From: an uncultured archaeon
Lineage (GTDB): Archaea; Asgardarchaeota; Thorarchaeia; Thorarchaeales; Thorarchaeaceae
Assembly: GCA_964458565.1 (NCBI GenBank)
Contig: CAYWJO010000003.1
Coordinates: 32,001 to 96,000 of the forward strand
DNA length: 64,000 nt
Reading direction: 5' to 3'
Within the stretch, counting starts at the first letter, position 1, and the number at the start of each line of letters is the position of its first letter. A model generated the notes under the pieces. The model was not told the origin of the DNA and made no database searches. It worked only from the letters and a program-made list of their open reading frames with translations. The position numbers and the translations under genes are program-made. Shown here one piece after another: positions 19,467 through 29,692 of this stretch.

Positions 19467-20900
19467 TTATTCAGATTCCGTTTTTTCTCGGTCCTCACTC
19501 GAACCTACATTAACAGAATTCATTTTATTCGCATCGCCAACTAACCCGAAACTACCGGGATAGTCACTAGGAGTTGGGAACAATCCAGGACTTTCATCAT
19601 CGCGAGAAATTTTCTGACCCTCATATAATGACGTTCCTCCTGCAACAAGATATGAAATGCAGATACAAATTACTAGAGGAATTACCAAGTCAAAGGATAG
19701 GCTCATCTCTAGCATCATGATTATTGTAGCTACGGGAGTGTTTGTATTTGCAGCCAGAACTGCCCCCATACCTAAAACAACAAATGCAGGTTGGAGGGTG
19801 GGATCAACAATCTCTGCAAACATAGCTCCCAAGCACGCACCTACGAAAAGGGAAGATGCAAGAACTCCACCCGAAACTCTACCAGCTACAACAAACGATG
19901 TTCCAAACAGCTTACCTAACATTAAGACAAGAAGTAGTAGGAGTGGAATACCATTTGTGGCAATGATGTTGATTGCTTCATACCCTAGACCAGCGACGGT
20001 GAGATGAGGGTCTGCATCTGTCCCAAGCACAAGAAGTACAAGAAAAATCATGACACATGCTAGAAGAGAGCCAATAATTGGATCGGCCCAATCAGGTAGA
20101 TGAACTTTGAAGATATTTCGAGTAAACATTAGTGATACTGCAAAGATTATCGAAACCAAACCAGCAATGAATCCAAAGATAATGAGCATTGGAAGAACTT
20201 CAATTGAGAAGACAAATGTTGCAGGAAATGTGAAGAGCGGTTGAACACCGGTGGTTATAGAGAAGATAACTAAGTAGACAATGAAAGATGTAATTGAAGC
20301 AAGAACAGTCGGAACAAAATAACCAAGACGCGCATCGCGTTTGTATGGTGCTTCTGTTGCAAAAAGAGCACCTCCCAAAGGAGCTTGATATATTCCTGCT
20401 GTTGCTGCCGCTGACCCCATCATCAGGAACACACCAAGATGGGGAGTGTCTTGATAACCAAACCAACGAGCAATAGTATGACCTAAAGATGCACCAATCA
20501 AGACAGCAGGACCTTCACGTCCAACCGGACAACCACTACCAATTGATACTGAGGTCGCTAATAGTTTAGTAACAGCAGTTCGATCATGTAACTCACCCGG
20601 AGAATGAGTCATCTCGATTGCCTTCGAAATACCACTTCCCTCCACCTCTCTAATCCCAAAATAAATGAGAGCTCCTGAGAAGAATCCTCCAATAAGAGGT
20701 GCGAGAAAAACAGGAATTCCAGAGAATAGCAGAATTGAACCATCTATTAGGAGTTTGAAAGCAACCATGAAAAGTCCACAAATTAAACCAATTAGTATTG
20801 AAGCTGGTACATAGAGTCGATAGAAATGTGAGAAATGTGAGAAATGGAATATCTCCCGTAGGGGAACAGGCGAGTTCCTTTCAGCTTTCCTTGATGTCAT
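19467..20900 (-). CDS. ClC family chloride channel / Cl-/H+ antiporter
   Basis: GSGI, GREGP (gating Glu), SGGV and SLYE motifs; multiple TM segments. Confidence 0.9.
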   Translation of the reverse strand: MTSRKAERNSPVPLREIFHFSHFSHFYRLYVPASILIGLICGLFMVAFKLLIDGSILLFSGIPVFLAPLIGGFFSGALIYFGIREVEGSGISKAIEMTHSPGELHDRTAVTKLLATSVSIGSGCPVGREGPAVLIGASLGHTIARWFGYQDTPHLGVFLMMGSAAATAGIYQAPLGGALFATEAPYKRDARLGYFVPTVLASITSFIVYLVIFSITTGVQPLFTFPATFVFSIEVLPMLIIFGFIAGLVSIIFAVSLMFTRNIFKVHLPDWADPIIGSLLACVMIFLVLLVLGTDADPHLTVAGLGYEAINIIATNGIPLLLLLVLMLGKLFGTSFVVAGRVSGGVLASSLFVGACLGAMFAEIVDPTLQPAFVVLGMGAVLAANTNTPVATIIMMLEMSLSFDLVIPLVICICISYLVAGGTSLYEGQKISRDDESPGLFPTPSDYPGSFGLVGDANKMNSVNVGSSEDREKTESE

Positions 20901-21003
20901 AGTTGGTCCTCAATTTGTGCAATATTATTGGGAACATGCACCCTAAAGAAAGTATATCATATACATCAGATTTATCATTGACATCTAACTAAACTAAGTG
21001 TGA

Positions 21004-21483
21004 TTGGAATTGTCGCATGATGAGAGTTCTTCCAAAGGAAAGAAGTCCCTCTCTCTGGAAGAAGTGCAAGAAAGATTGGATGAGATATCTAGCAGACTTG
21101 CTCGCGTTGAAACTCTCATTGAGCGAATTGGACCTGGTTTTGAAGAAGTAAAAGATTCTGCAAGAGTTGTCAGAGAAGGATTTGAATTCTACGATAGCAT
21201 GGTGAAGTTGATGGGCAAATTTACTAAAGCTGAACGTCTTGAATCCAGATTTGGGGATTTGAAAAAAGATGACATCAGCTGGAGGATAATCCAGATACTT
21301 GATAATTCAAGACCACTCAATATTAGTCAACTAACTGCTGCTGTTAGATCCGAACGAGGTACCGCATCCAGACGTATAATCAGAGAGAGAGTAAATGATT
21401 TAGTCAAGAGAGGAGTTCTCATTGTTATTGATGATGAGGATGACAGAGCGCGCTACTTTACATTAGAAAAAGAAAACAAGTGA
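21004..21483 (+). CDS. Coiled-coil plus winged-HTH putative regulator
   Basis: N-terminal heptads; C-terminal LNISQLT..SRRIIRERVNDLVKRGVL wHTH pattern. Confidence 0.65.
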   Translation: MELSHDESSSKGKKSLSLEEVQERLDEISSRLARVETLIERIGPGFEEVKDSARVVREGFEFYDSMVKLMGKFTKAERLESRFGDLKKDDISWRIIQILDNSRPLNISQLTAAVRSERGTASRRIIRERVNDLVKRGVLIVIDDEDDRARYFTLEKENK

Positions 21484-21550
21484 TTTCGATTGATTGTGAA
21501 AGAAACTCTTATCAGAGTGTTATTCACAAACATTCTTTGGAGTTTGAAAT

Positions 21551-23080
21551 ATGGCATCATCTTCTAGTAGAATTCTAATGGCTGGGATTGTAATTGTAAT
21601 TATATTTGTAGGAGTAGGGTTTACTCTTTTCTTCTTGATGATGAATCAAACACCTACAACAACAACGACTACTACTGCACCAAAAACCAGCACAACCCCA
21701 ACAACCACTTGGCCAACATCTACTACAACAACTTACACTTCAACGTTCAATACAACAACTCAAACGACTACAATTCCAACTCGGACCCTTACAATATTAA
21801 CCAGATATGACGTGGCTGTCCGATCTGTTTTTGAAACAGCATTCTTGAGTAGTGATTTCGCGGTAACGAATCATATTACGAGTATTAATTGGAACTCCGC
21901 ATCTAGTGCTTTTTGGAATGATATAATAATGTCAGGTGCTGTGGATGTTTGCTGGGGTGGAGGTGAAACTCTTTATAACCAGTTATCGCTTGAAAATCTT
22001 CTTCTAACCCTAGAAGGTCCAACGATTAACAGTATTGTGAGTCGAATCAACAATAGCTCACTGGAATATCTTCTTCATTATGATGATGATTCCCTGAAAT
22101 GGATTGGGTCTAGTATTACGTCATTCGGAATTACAATAAATGAAGACTACTTAGACACCTATTCACTTCCTACACCTGTAAATTGGACTGATTTGGGAAA
22201 TGCGACATACGGTAGTTACCTACCGTCCGTACTAACAATAGGAATGGCTAATGCACCTGCTTCCACGTCTAACCTGCAAATATATCAAATAATATTACAG
22301 AGCCAAGGCTGGGATGCAGGATGGGAACTTCTCACAAGAATAGCGGGTAGTTCCAACATATACGGAGGCTCCGTTGAAAGTCAATCAGCGTGTGAAAATG
22401 GTGATGTTGGTGTTTCAATGTCCATTGATTTCTATGGCTACCTTTCACAATTCAGTAATCCGGATTGCCGATACATAATACCATCAGATGGAGCCTATAT
22501 TGAAAGCGAACCTATAGCAATTGCCAACGAGACATCTAATATGGACCTTGCTCTTGGTTTCATTGACTTCGTGATGTCACCTCTTGGCCAATCATTATGG
22601 TTGGATGATAATATTCGTCGCCTTCCCTCAATGCAAGAAGCCTTTGAAGAACCATTAGGATTGGTAGCTCCAGACATGTACTCAGCATATAATAATACCA
22701 TTGGAAAAACACCCATGGAATTCAACATTACACAGAGTGTTGAGCTTCAAGACTCTGTCAGGTACTACTTTGAGTCGGTTTTAACAAATGCTCATGATGA
22801 ATTGGTGCAATGTTGGAATGCTATGATCCAAGCCTATTACGATCTGGATATTACAAAAGAGGAATTCGAATATTTTGCAGGACTCATGGGAGCACCAGTA
22901 ACAATTCAAGACCCCTATTCTCTGAGTAATCGAGTTTTTGATATGGATTACGCGATTGAAATTAATAGTGACTTGAGTTATGACAGCAGCTATAGAAATC
23001 AAGTAATGACTGCATGGACTAATGCTGCAATGTTGCAGTACGCTGATGTCTATTCGCAAATTCAAGCGTGGATAGCCTAA
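21551..23080 (+). CDS. ABC transporter substrate-binding protein (Fe3+/thiamine-like family), N-terminally anchored
   Basis: N-terminal TM, Thr-rich linker, DVCWGGG, PVNWTDL, IDFYG, FIDFVMSPLGQ. Confidence 0.8.
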   Translation: MASSSSRILMAGIVIVIIFVGVGFTLFFLMMNQTPTTTTTTTAPKTSTTPTTTWPTSTTTTYTSTFNTTTQTTTIPTRTLTILTRYDVAVRSVFETAFLSSDFAVTNHITSINWNSASSAFWNDIIMSGAVDVCWGGGETLYNQLSLENLLLTLEGPTINSIVSRINNSSLEYLLHYDDDSLKWIGSSITSFGITINEDYLDTYSLPTPVNWTDLGNATYGSYLPSVLTIGMANAPASTSNLQIYQIILQSQGWDAGWELLTRIAGSSNIYGGSVESQSACENGDVGVSMSIDFYGYLSQFSNPDCRYIIPSDGAYIESEPIAIANETSNMDLALGFIDFVMSPLGQSLWLDDNIRRLPSMQEAFEEPLGLVAPDMYSAYNNTIGKTPMEFNITQSVELQDSVRYYFESVLTNAHDELVQCWNAMIQAYYDLDITKEEFEYFAGLMGAPVTIQDPYSLSNRVFDMDYAIEINSDLSYDSSYRNQVMTAWTNAAMLQYADVYSQIQAWIA

Positions 23081-23167
23081 AAAAATAGTGGAGAAATGGT
23101 GTGGTCACTTTTACCCACTATTTCTATATCTAGTGACCAGCCAATATACTACTTGGTGAACCTTATT

Positions 23168-23554
23168 TTGAATGAAGAATATGATGATCGTGAAAAGCGT
23201 AAGAGGAAATCAACCTCAGACGATGCGGATGAGCTCAGAGCAATTGCAGAAGCATTGCCGGATCTATTTGGTGCCATCAATGAATCGATTCCGAAGTTGA
23301 TAACAGGACTCATCGGTAGTATATACAGTCCCGAAGCAGCAGGTAACATGGGTGCGGCTGTAGGCAAGTTCTATAGAGAACTTATTGATCAGGGTATTCC
23401 AGAAGATGCCGCTCTCGATATGACAAAGAAATTCGTTGGAGCATTAGATTTCAGTAAGATTATGAGTCTGGTAAGTAGCGAAATTGATACCGAACGCTCA
23501 TCAAAACGTCGGAAAAAATCCGATGATTACGACGAGGAGTTCGATGACGAGTAA
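23168..23554 (+). CDS. Hypothetical helical protein
   Basis: Likely TTG start at 23168 after GGTGA (track start 23096 lies in a hairpin); motif FYRELIDQGIPEDAA. Confidence 0.7.
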   Translation: MNEEYDDREKRKRKSTSDDADELRAIAEALPDLFGAINESIPKLITGLIGSIYSPEAAGNMGAAVGKFYRELIDQGIPEDAALDMTKKFVGALDFSKIMSLVSSEIDTERSSKRRKKSDDYDEEFDDE

Positions 23555-23814
23555 TGTCAGGACGAGCAATTGCCTCAATTGTTTGGACATCACTTACTGG
23601 AGGCACTAAGCTAGCTATCAAGGTATTTTGGCATCTGAATAGAGGAAAGAGTATGGTCAAGAACGGAGCGAAACATTTTCGTGGAGAACTGGTTGATGCC
23701 GGGATACCTGAAGAGACAGCTGAAGCTATCACCTATGCATTTACGAACCCGGGATTAGAAATGCTAAAAATCAGAAACATGATTAAGATGGTGAGAGAGA
23801 TAACACAAGAATAA
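23554..23814 (+). CDS. Hypothetical protein related to the upstream ORF
   Basis: TAATG overlap with the upstream stop; motif FRGELVDAGIPEETA. Confidence 0.65.
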   Translation: MSGRAIASIVWTSLTGGTKLAIKVFWHLNRGKSMVKNGAKHFRGELVDAGIPEETAEAITYAFTNPGLEMLKIRNMIKMVREITQE

Positions 23815-23860
23815 CTCCTCACCACTCATCCAAGCAGATTATTCTAGCATTGCTTTGAAG

Positions 23861-24328
23861 CTATTTTGCTACAATCACCGAACGATTTGAACCAAGAACA
23901 ACACGTTCAGTTGTAGAACCAGTTCCAGCACGCTTTCCGGTAGTTTTGGTTCCAAGAATTATCATGTCAACTTCTCTTTCATCAGCAATCTTAATGATAC
24001 GCTCAGCAGGGAGACCATGCTCGAGTATGGTTTCAACTTCAACATCATAATCTTTGGATGCAACATGATATCCTTCTAGAAGGATTTTACCCTTCTCCTC
24101 AAATTTCGCAAGCACAACCTCAGGATCAGTGTCAGCCATCAATGCAAATTGCTTTACTGTTGGAGTTGGTACAACATGCATTATGTATACCTTACTTCCT
24201 GTTAGCTCAGCAATTTCAAAAGCTACAGAAGTTGCTTTTGCTGAACTCTCACTTCCATCTACAGCTAACAGGAGTGTTTTTGCTCTGCAAAAGATTCTAT
24301 CAGGTTCACAGTAGAGAATCTCGTTCAT
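23861..24328 (-). CDS. Universal stress protein
   Basis: LLAVDGSESS, GLPAERII, DMIILG, GSTTERVV. Confidence 0.9.
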   Translation of the reverse strand: MNEILYCEPDRIFCRAKTLLLAVDGSESSAKATSVAFEIAELTGSKVYIMHVVPTPTVKQFALMADTDPEVVLAKFEEKGKILLEGYHVASKDYDVEVETILEHGLPAERIIKIADEREVDMIILGTKTTGKRAGTGSTTERVVLGSNRSVIVAK

Positions 24329-24438
24329 ATCTCAAACTTATTGAATTCTACTCTCAAATATATTGTCATTACGCAAAAAATGTCAGAGCTGACCTGCACT
24401 AAAGTTTAACAGGGGATTGCGATATATAATTCTAAGAG

Positions 24439-25836
24439 GTGTGTGTCTTGGCACGCGTGGATTTATTAGATTATTACGAAAAAGAAAATTATCCCAGTCA
24501 TAAGGGAGCAATTGCAGGACTACTCGTAGTCTTCGGCGCTTTCATTGTTCTGGGTATGTATTCATTATGGAATCTCTGGTTGGCTTATGAAACGCAAATT
24601 ATGACAATAATTAGTAGTCTTAATCTTCCTTCATTCCTAACTGATAACTTCTTGGGAATCTTTCTCGTATTAGGAGCGTTAATCCTACTAAGCCTCTTGA
24701 TGGCATTCGGTGCCTCAGCAGCTGCTCGTAGGCTTGGAGGAACCCTAATCTATATTGGTGCAGGATTGATGAATCTACTTACATGGGGAATCGTACTGAT
24801 TGCAGTATTTTCAGGAGTGCCTATTCTTCAAGCTTGGCCAATAATGATTCCAGGTATCTTTACTCTGTTCATGACACTTCTCTTGTTCACGGTTTTCAAG
24901 GATAGAGTAAGAAGAGCCGGAGAAATCATTAAGCTGACAGGACAGGTTTGTCTTGATGAAAAAGGTGTATTCGTCCCACCACTTTTCACAATGCTTTTCA
25001 CTCTGTTATCAGCCATGATGTTTGGAGCTATAATAGTTTGGTTTGCTCCGCATGTCGCTGATGTGGTGTTTCTAGGAGCAGAGGCAACAACCGAGGATCT
25101 CCTATTCGGTGGGCTTGGAATTGTAGTCTATCTATTCGTTACTATATTCTTCTATAATTTCGCATATGCCACAACATCAGGAGTGGTCTACATCTATATG
25201 CGCGGCAAAGACCCAAGTCTTGGTGATGGAGTCAAAGCTTCATTGAACGTTATCGGTGGTTTGATTGTTCTTAGTATTGCAAGTGTGATTGTAGCGATAA
25301 TACGCATGGTCATTAGAGCAGTATCGAGAGAAGCAGGACCTGGAGGACGAGCAATTGGAGGAGTAGCTGATGGTGTGATAGGATGGGTTTGGGCTCTGAT
25401 TAACTACTTCACAATTCCAGCAATGGTTGGTGAGAATCTAGGAGCTAAGGACGGCATCAAGAGGAGTGCATCACTAGTAAAGAATAACTTTGTGGATGTC
25501 CTGGTCAAGGAAACCGCAGTGCGATGGGGCTTTACTGCACTATCTCTAATGATGTTCCTAGGGTTTGCCCTTGGAGGATTTCTCATCGGGTGGATGATTC
25601 CGTTTAGCTTTGTTGGTAATGACCCATTACTCTCAGGTTTGGTGTTGGCAATCGTATTCATTATTTTTGCATCAATACCAAGCGCACTAGTCATGAGAAC
25701 GTTTGACATGGTATACATCACCCTACTCTATGTCTTCATCAGAAAGAAGGAGGGTGACTTCACCAAGACTGCAATTCCAGCATCCATGAGTAGTGAACTC
25801 GAGAGTGCCTACAGAACTGCTCAAAGAGGAAAATAA
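24439..25836 (+). CDS. Multi-pass membrane protein, SLC44/CTL (Pns1)-like
   Basis: About 10 TM segments; RVRRAGEIIKLTGQV..P, LINYFTIPAMVGENLGAKDGIKRSASLVKNN and FDMVYITL resemble CTL family blocks. Confidence 0.55.
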   Translation: MCVLARVDLLDYYEKENYPSHKGAIAGLLVVFGAFIVLGMYSLWNLWLAYETQIMTIISSLNLPSFLTDNFLGIFLVLGALILLSLLMAFGASAAARRLGGTLIYIGAGLMNLLTWGIVLIAVFSGVPILQAWPIMIPGIFTLFMTLLLFTVFKDRVRRAGEIIKLTGQVCLDEKGVFVPPLFTMLFTLLSAMMFGAIIVWFAPHVADVVFLGAEATTEDLLFGGLGIVVYLFVTIFFYNFAYATTSGVVYIYMRGKDPSLGDGVKASLNVIGGLIVLSIASVIVAIIRMVIRAVSREAGPGGRAIGGVADGVIGWVWALINYFTIPAMVGENLGAKDGIKRSASLVKNNFVDVLVKETAVRWGFTALSLMMFLGFALGGFLIGWMIPFSFVGNDPLLSGLVLAIVFIIFASIPSALVMRTFDMVYITLLYVFIRKKEGDFTKTAIPASMSSELESAYRTAQRGK

Positions 25837-25845
25837 TCAAAAATT

Positions 25846-25880
25846 AGTGGTGGAAATGATCCACCACTTTTCTCTTTTTT
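25846..25880 (+). terminator. Hairpin plus T-tract terminator
   Basis: AGTGGTGGA-aatga-TCCACCACT followed by TTTCTCTTTTTT. Confidence 0.65.
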
Positions 25881-25973
25881 TATCTTCATTTCAAAGAGTG
25901 ACTGGATAATTTCTTTCTTAAGTGACGATATCATGTCGGGAACTTGTAGAAATTCCATTATGGATGGTTAAAG

Positions 25974-26990
25974 ATGGAACCCAAGAAGGCAGCGGCAAAC
26001 GCTCTAGAAGCGGTGCTTGAAGCAAAACCTGGTGAATCGATTTTAATCATAACTGATGACGTCCAGAAGGAAGTTGGTCAAGCCTTTGCAGATGGAGCAT
26101 TGGAACTCGGTCTCTGGACAAGGTTAATTGTACTCAATACCAAAGCTGATGAACAAAGGACAGAAATTCCCCTTCATCTTCAAGAGATGATAAATTCGCC
26201 AAATCAACCTGAGATATTCATCAATACACTGAGAGGACATGCAGAGGAAACACCATTTAGAATCAAACTGATAAATTTAGAAACAAGAAAGGGGAGATCA
26301 AGACTCGGACATTGCCCAGGAATTACATTAGATATGATGACTGAAGGTGCTCTTTCACTCACCAGGGAAGAGAACACAGATATGCAGAATTTTGCTCGCT
26401 CCCTTTTAGCAATTCTTCAAGATGCTACAGAAGTACATGTCAAAGCACAAGCAGGTTCAGATTTTACTTTGGGAGTTAAAGGACGGACATGGTTCAGCGA
26501 CACTTACATCAATTGGAAGGACATGAAGTGGATGAATCTACCAACCGGAGAAGTATTGGTTGGACCGATAGAAACCTCAATGAATGGGATACTTGTGAGT
26601 GACCTGGCAGTCGGAGGAATTGGACCTCTGAAACATCCCGTGAGTGTAGAAGTGAAAGATGGTAAAGTTCAGAGAATCGGGACTGAAGACAAAGAAGCAC
26701 TCAGAATCATAGAAGAAGCACAAGCTACAGACACTATGGCAAAACATGTAGGAGAATTTGCTTTCGGTTTGAATCCGAAAGCCCGGATTGTTGAGGAATT
26801 CCTTGAGTCTGAGAAGGTAGGAAGTGCAATTCATGTAGCATTTGGTAATAACATGGACTACCCCGGAGTAGTTGCAAACAACTCCGCAAACCATCAGGAT
26901 TTCTTGGTTGACAAACCAACAGTCACAATAACATATTCGGATGGACGTACAAGAGTTGTGATGGAGAATGGGAAACTCATTATTGATTAG
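25974..26990 (+). CDS. M29-like (AmpS/aminopeptidase T) aminopeptidase
   Basis: NLPTGEV, GEFAFGLNP, EKVGSAIHVAFG, NHQD. Confidence 0.85.
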   Translation: MEPKKAAANALEAVLEAKPGESILIITDDVQKEVGQAFADGALELGLWTRLIVLNTKADEQRTEIPLHLQEMINSPNQPEIFINTLRGHAEETPFRIKLINLETRKGRSRLGHCPGITLDMMTEGALSLTREENTDMQNFARSLLAILQDATEVHVKAQAGSDFTLGVKGRTWFSDTYINWKDMKWMNLPTGEVLVGPIETSMNGILVSDLAVGGIGPLKHPVSVEVKDGKVQRIGTEDKEALRIIEEAQATDTMAKHVGEFAFGLNPKARIVEEFLESEKVGSAIHVAFGNNMDYPGVVANNSANHQDFLVDKPTVTITYSDGRTRVVMENGKLIID

Positions 26991-27618
26991 AAGAGTTCTC
27001 ATAATTCAAGAGGTCTCTACGTAATGCAGCTGCAGTTGATCTAGCTATTCGTATAGGCTCAGGAATCCGGCCTTCAAGAGTAAACGCATTTACAAGTCGT
27101 AATCCCTCTTTATTCGTGATTCCTGTGCAGTTGAGGTATAATGAATAACCATTATCGAGTTCCACTTTCTGACGCTCACCATTCCGATTGATGGCTTCTT
27201 CACGTTCTCTCCAATCATCAGGGAAATATTCTCTTACATACTTCTCTAAACCTTCAGAATCATAATATGAAACACTAATTATGGGAATGGCTGTTTCTTC
27301 GAACAATCTTCTGTTATCAATGATATTGAACCATGATATGATACCACCACCTAGCATCCAGAATCTGATATCATCACGCTTCATTCTTATGAACATAGAA
27401 AGGATTTCGTCTGTTGCATCAACACCACCTATAGTTGGCCTGCAATATCCAAAACCATCAATACGAAAATCCCCACGCATCACTACACCTACAACATTGC
27501 TCCAATTATCATCTCGATGAAAACTCTCAGCCACGCCAAGCATACGAACGCCTTTCTTCCATTGCGTGTTTTTTCTTGGTCCAGGGACCTTATCAGATGT
27601 TAGTTTTACGGACGCCAT
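26980..27618 (-). CDS. DUF99/UPF0215 endonuclease V-like protein
   Basis: LGVAESF, GVVMRGD, GGVDATD, WFNIID, GRIPEPIRIA. Confidence 0.82.
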   Translation of the reverse strand: MASVKLTSDKVPGPRKNTQWKKGVRMLGVAESFHRDDNWSNVVGVVMRGDFRIDGFGYCRPTIGGVDATDEILSMFIRMKRDDIRFWMLGGGIISWFNIIDNRRLFEETAIPIISVSYYDSEGLEKYVREYFPDDWREREEAINRNGERQKVELDNGYSLYLNCTGITNKEGLRLVNAFTLEGRIPEPIRIARSTAAALRRDLLNYENSSNQ

Positions 27619-27662
27619 TTATATTCCACAATCAACTTGTACGTTTTCAGATAAAAGGCATG

Positions 27663-28886
27663 TCACAACCATTCAAAAGCATCATTCCAAGTTACACTCG
27701 ACGCTGAATAAGGATTGAGATATATAGTCTTGAAGAACTCAACTTCTTTGCCCTTTGCTTTAGCTTTATCAAATGTTGGTTTTACAAATTGCGTACGACC
27801 TATATAGTAAGTAAAGATGTAAGGTGCCCAAAAGTTTAGACTTCCATCTGGATTCATTGGACGCATGAAAGCAATCGAATTCTTGGCATCATCTTCTGGC
27901 CTTATTTGTTTCTCAGCAATGTAACTTATCGTTTCCTCAATTGTGAAATTATCTCGATTCATGAAGAGAGCTGCATTGATAGACACCATCCTAGCTAGCT
28001 TATACAAGACATCCACAGCTTTTGTTGAAGGATCAGTATCTTTTAGTCCAAGAAATTCCTTGGCTGTATCGGCAGTACCTTCGGATATAACACATCGACC
28101 TGTGTGAAGTGGTACCACTGTTAAATCAAGCAAGTCATTATCCAGATAGGCTTTTTCTCTCCATAGATTCGAAACATGATGTTCGTATTCATGGTAGATA
28201 ACAGCAAGAAGGTTATGTTTATTCATGGGCCGATCAATGTTGAACTCATTCACAGAACGAAATCCCCCTTGATAGTAGTTGTATCCACTCCAAGGTTCAT
28301 CACGGACAGTGCGATACTCGACTCCATTATCAGTAACTTCAGTACCCATGTACTTGTAGATGTTCTCTCTAAACTGATTAGCAACTTCTTTTGATTTGGG
28401 TTGCAGCTGATTCAGAATCACATCTTTCAAAGCTTCACCCCTCACCTCTCCTTCAGCCCTGAATCTAGTAATTCTATCTTCAAGAGACCCATCCATATAG
28501 GACAGTGCCTCATCAACCTCAATATGTGCATCCTCAATTTCCTTCTCTGAGAATTCTTGAAGTTTGATACTAAATAGATTTTCAACAAGTTCAGTATATG
28601 GAATTTCCTCACCACTCAACCAGTCGACGACAACCTTAATGGAATTTACCTCACCGATTATACACTTTTTACGAAGCTCTGGTGTAACTTCATCTAGATC
28701 ATCAATCAAGGACGAAAGATTTCTTGATATTTCTTCAGCAGGTAGTCCAGTTGCTTGCTTCTCTGGAGATAAATCATCAGGTCCAAAATACGCATCAACT
28801 AGTGGGATTCCAGTTACTTTTTTGGTGAAGTTACTTGCTTCTCCACAGAGTCTTACGTATCGCTCTAAGGTGTCCATTGAAATCAA
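27663..28886 (-). CDS. Zincin-like (HExxH) metallopeptidase, DUF885-like
   Basis: HEYEHH with downstream ISEG third-ligand motif; VDAYFGP N-terminus; YIFTYYIG. Confidence 0.65.
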   Translation of the reverse strand: MISMDTLERYVRLCGEASNFTKKVTGIPLVDAYFGPDDLSPEKQATGLPAEEISRNLSSLIDDLDEVTPELRKKCIIGEVNSIKVVVDWLSGEEIPYTELVENLFSIKLQEFSEKEIEDAHIEVDEALSYMDGSLEDRITRFRAEGEVRGEALKDVILNQLQPKSKEVANQFRENIYKYMGTEVTDNGVEYRTVRDEPWSGYNYYQGGFRSVNEFNIDRPMNKHNLLAVIYHEYEHHVSNLWREKAYLDNDLLDLTVVPLHTGRCVISEGTADTAKEFLGLKDTDPSTKAVDVLYKLARMVSINAALFMNRDNFTIEETISYIAEKQIRPEDDAKNSIAFMRPMNPDGSLNFWAPYIFTYYIGRTQFVKPTFDKAKAKGKEVEFFKTIYLNPYSASSVTWNDAFEWL

Positions 28887-28936
28887 TAATTCAATCAGAG
28901 GTCATCTATTTAACATCTATTGAAGACAAAATCAAA

Positions 28937-29692
28937 CTAAGCTCGAATACTGAATGTTGCCCATTTATTCTCAGTCCCATCCTTATTACACAAAGTGAAT
29001 GTAGCATCTTCCCTTGTCAACTCGATTCTTGTATGAAGCTGGGATGTTGCACCTCGAATTCGTCTTGATAGCAGGGTTCCAGTTGTGCAGAATATTATAT
29101 CATTGAGACGCCAAATCCACGGGACGTGACGATGGCCACTCAAAACAAGAGAGCATCCTGAATCATCAAGAACTCCCAAAACATCACCGGCATCTTCGAG
29201 AACATTGTGTTCTCGCCCTGTATGAGGGACCGGTAGGAGATGATGATGTAATGCAAGAATACGAATCTTGTCCTTAGCCCTACCAAATAGGTCCTTGATT
29301 TGAGGATATCTTTCACGACCTAGGTGACCAGCATCATTGTCAGGCTCAGCGGTGTCAGCACCATATAGAACGATGCTCTCATCTTCGAATATCTTGAAAC
29401 GTTCGCCAAATAGTTTCTCGAAATGAATAGAACCATAATTTCGCTCATCATGGTTACCAGGAATTATGACTGTTGGGAGATTGAATCCGTCAATACCCCT
29501 CTGGAAGTATTCGTACTCGTCCTTTAATCCTTCACTTGTCAAATCGCCGGTAATTACTAAGAGAGGTGAAATACAATCACTAGCTGTTTTTTCAATCTTG
29601 TCCAGAATATCACGGAAGTCCTCAATCGTGACACCGTATTCTCCAACATGAATATCACTCATATGAAAAATAGTTTTCACGATTTTGCCCAA
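28937..29692 (-). CDS. Calcineurin-like metallophosphoesterase (Icc/CpdA type)
   Basis: SDIH, TGDL, PGNHD, HHH and SGHRH motifs. Confidence 0.9.
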   Translation of the reverse strand: MGKIVKTIFHMSDIHVGEYGVTIEDFRDILDKIEKTASDCISPLLVITGDLTSEGLKDEYEYFQRGIDGFNLPTVIIPGNHDERNYGSIHFEKLFGERFKIFEDESIVLYGADTAEPDNDAGHLGRERYPQIKDLFGRAKDKIRILALHHHLLPVPHTGREHNVLEDAGDVLGVLDDSGCSLVLSGHRHVPWIWRLNDIIFCTTGTLLSRRIRGATSQLHTRIELTREDATFTLCNKDGTENKWATFSIRA

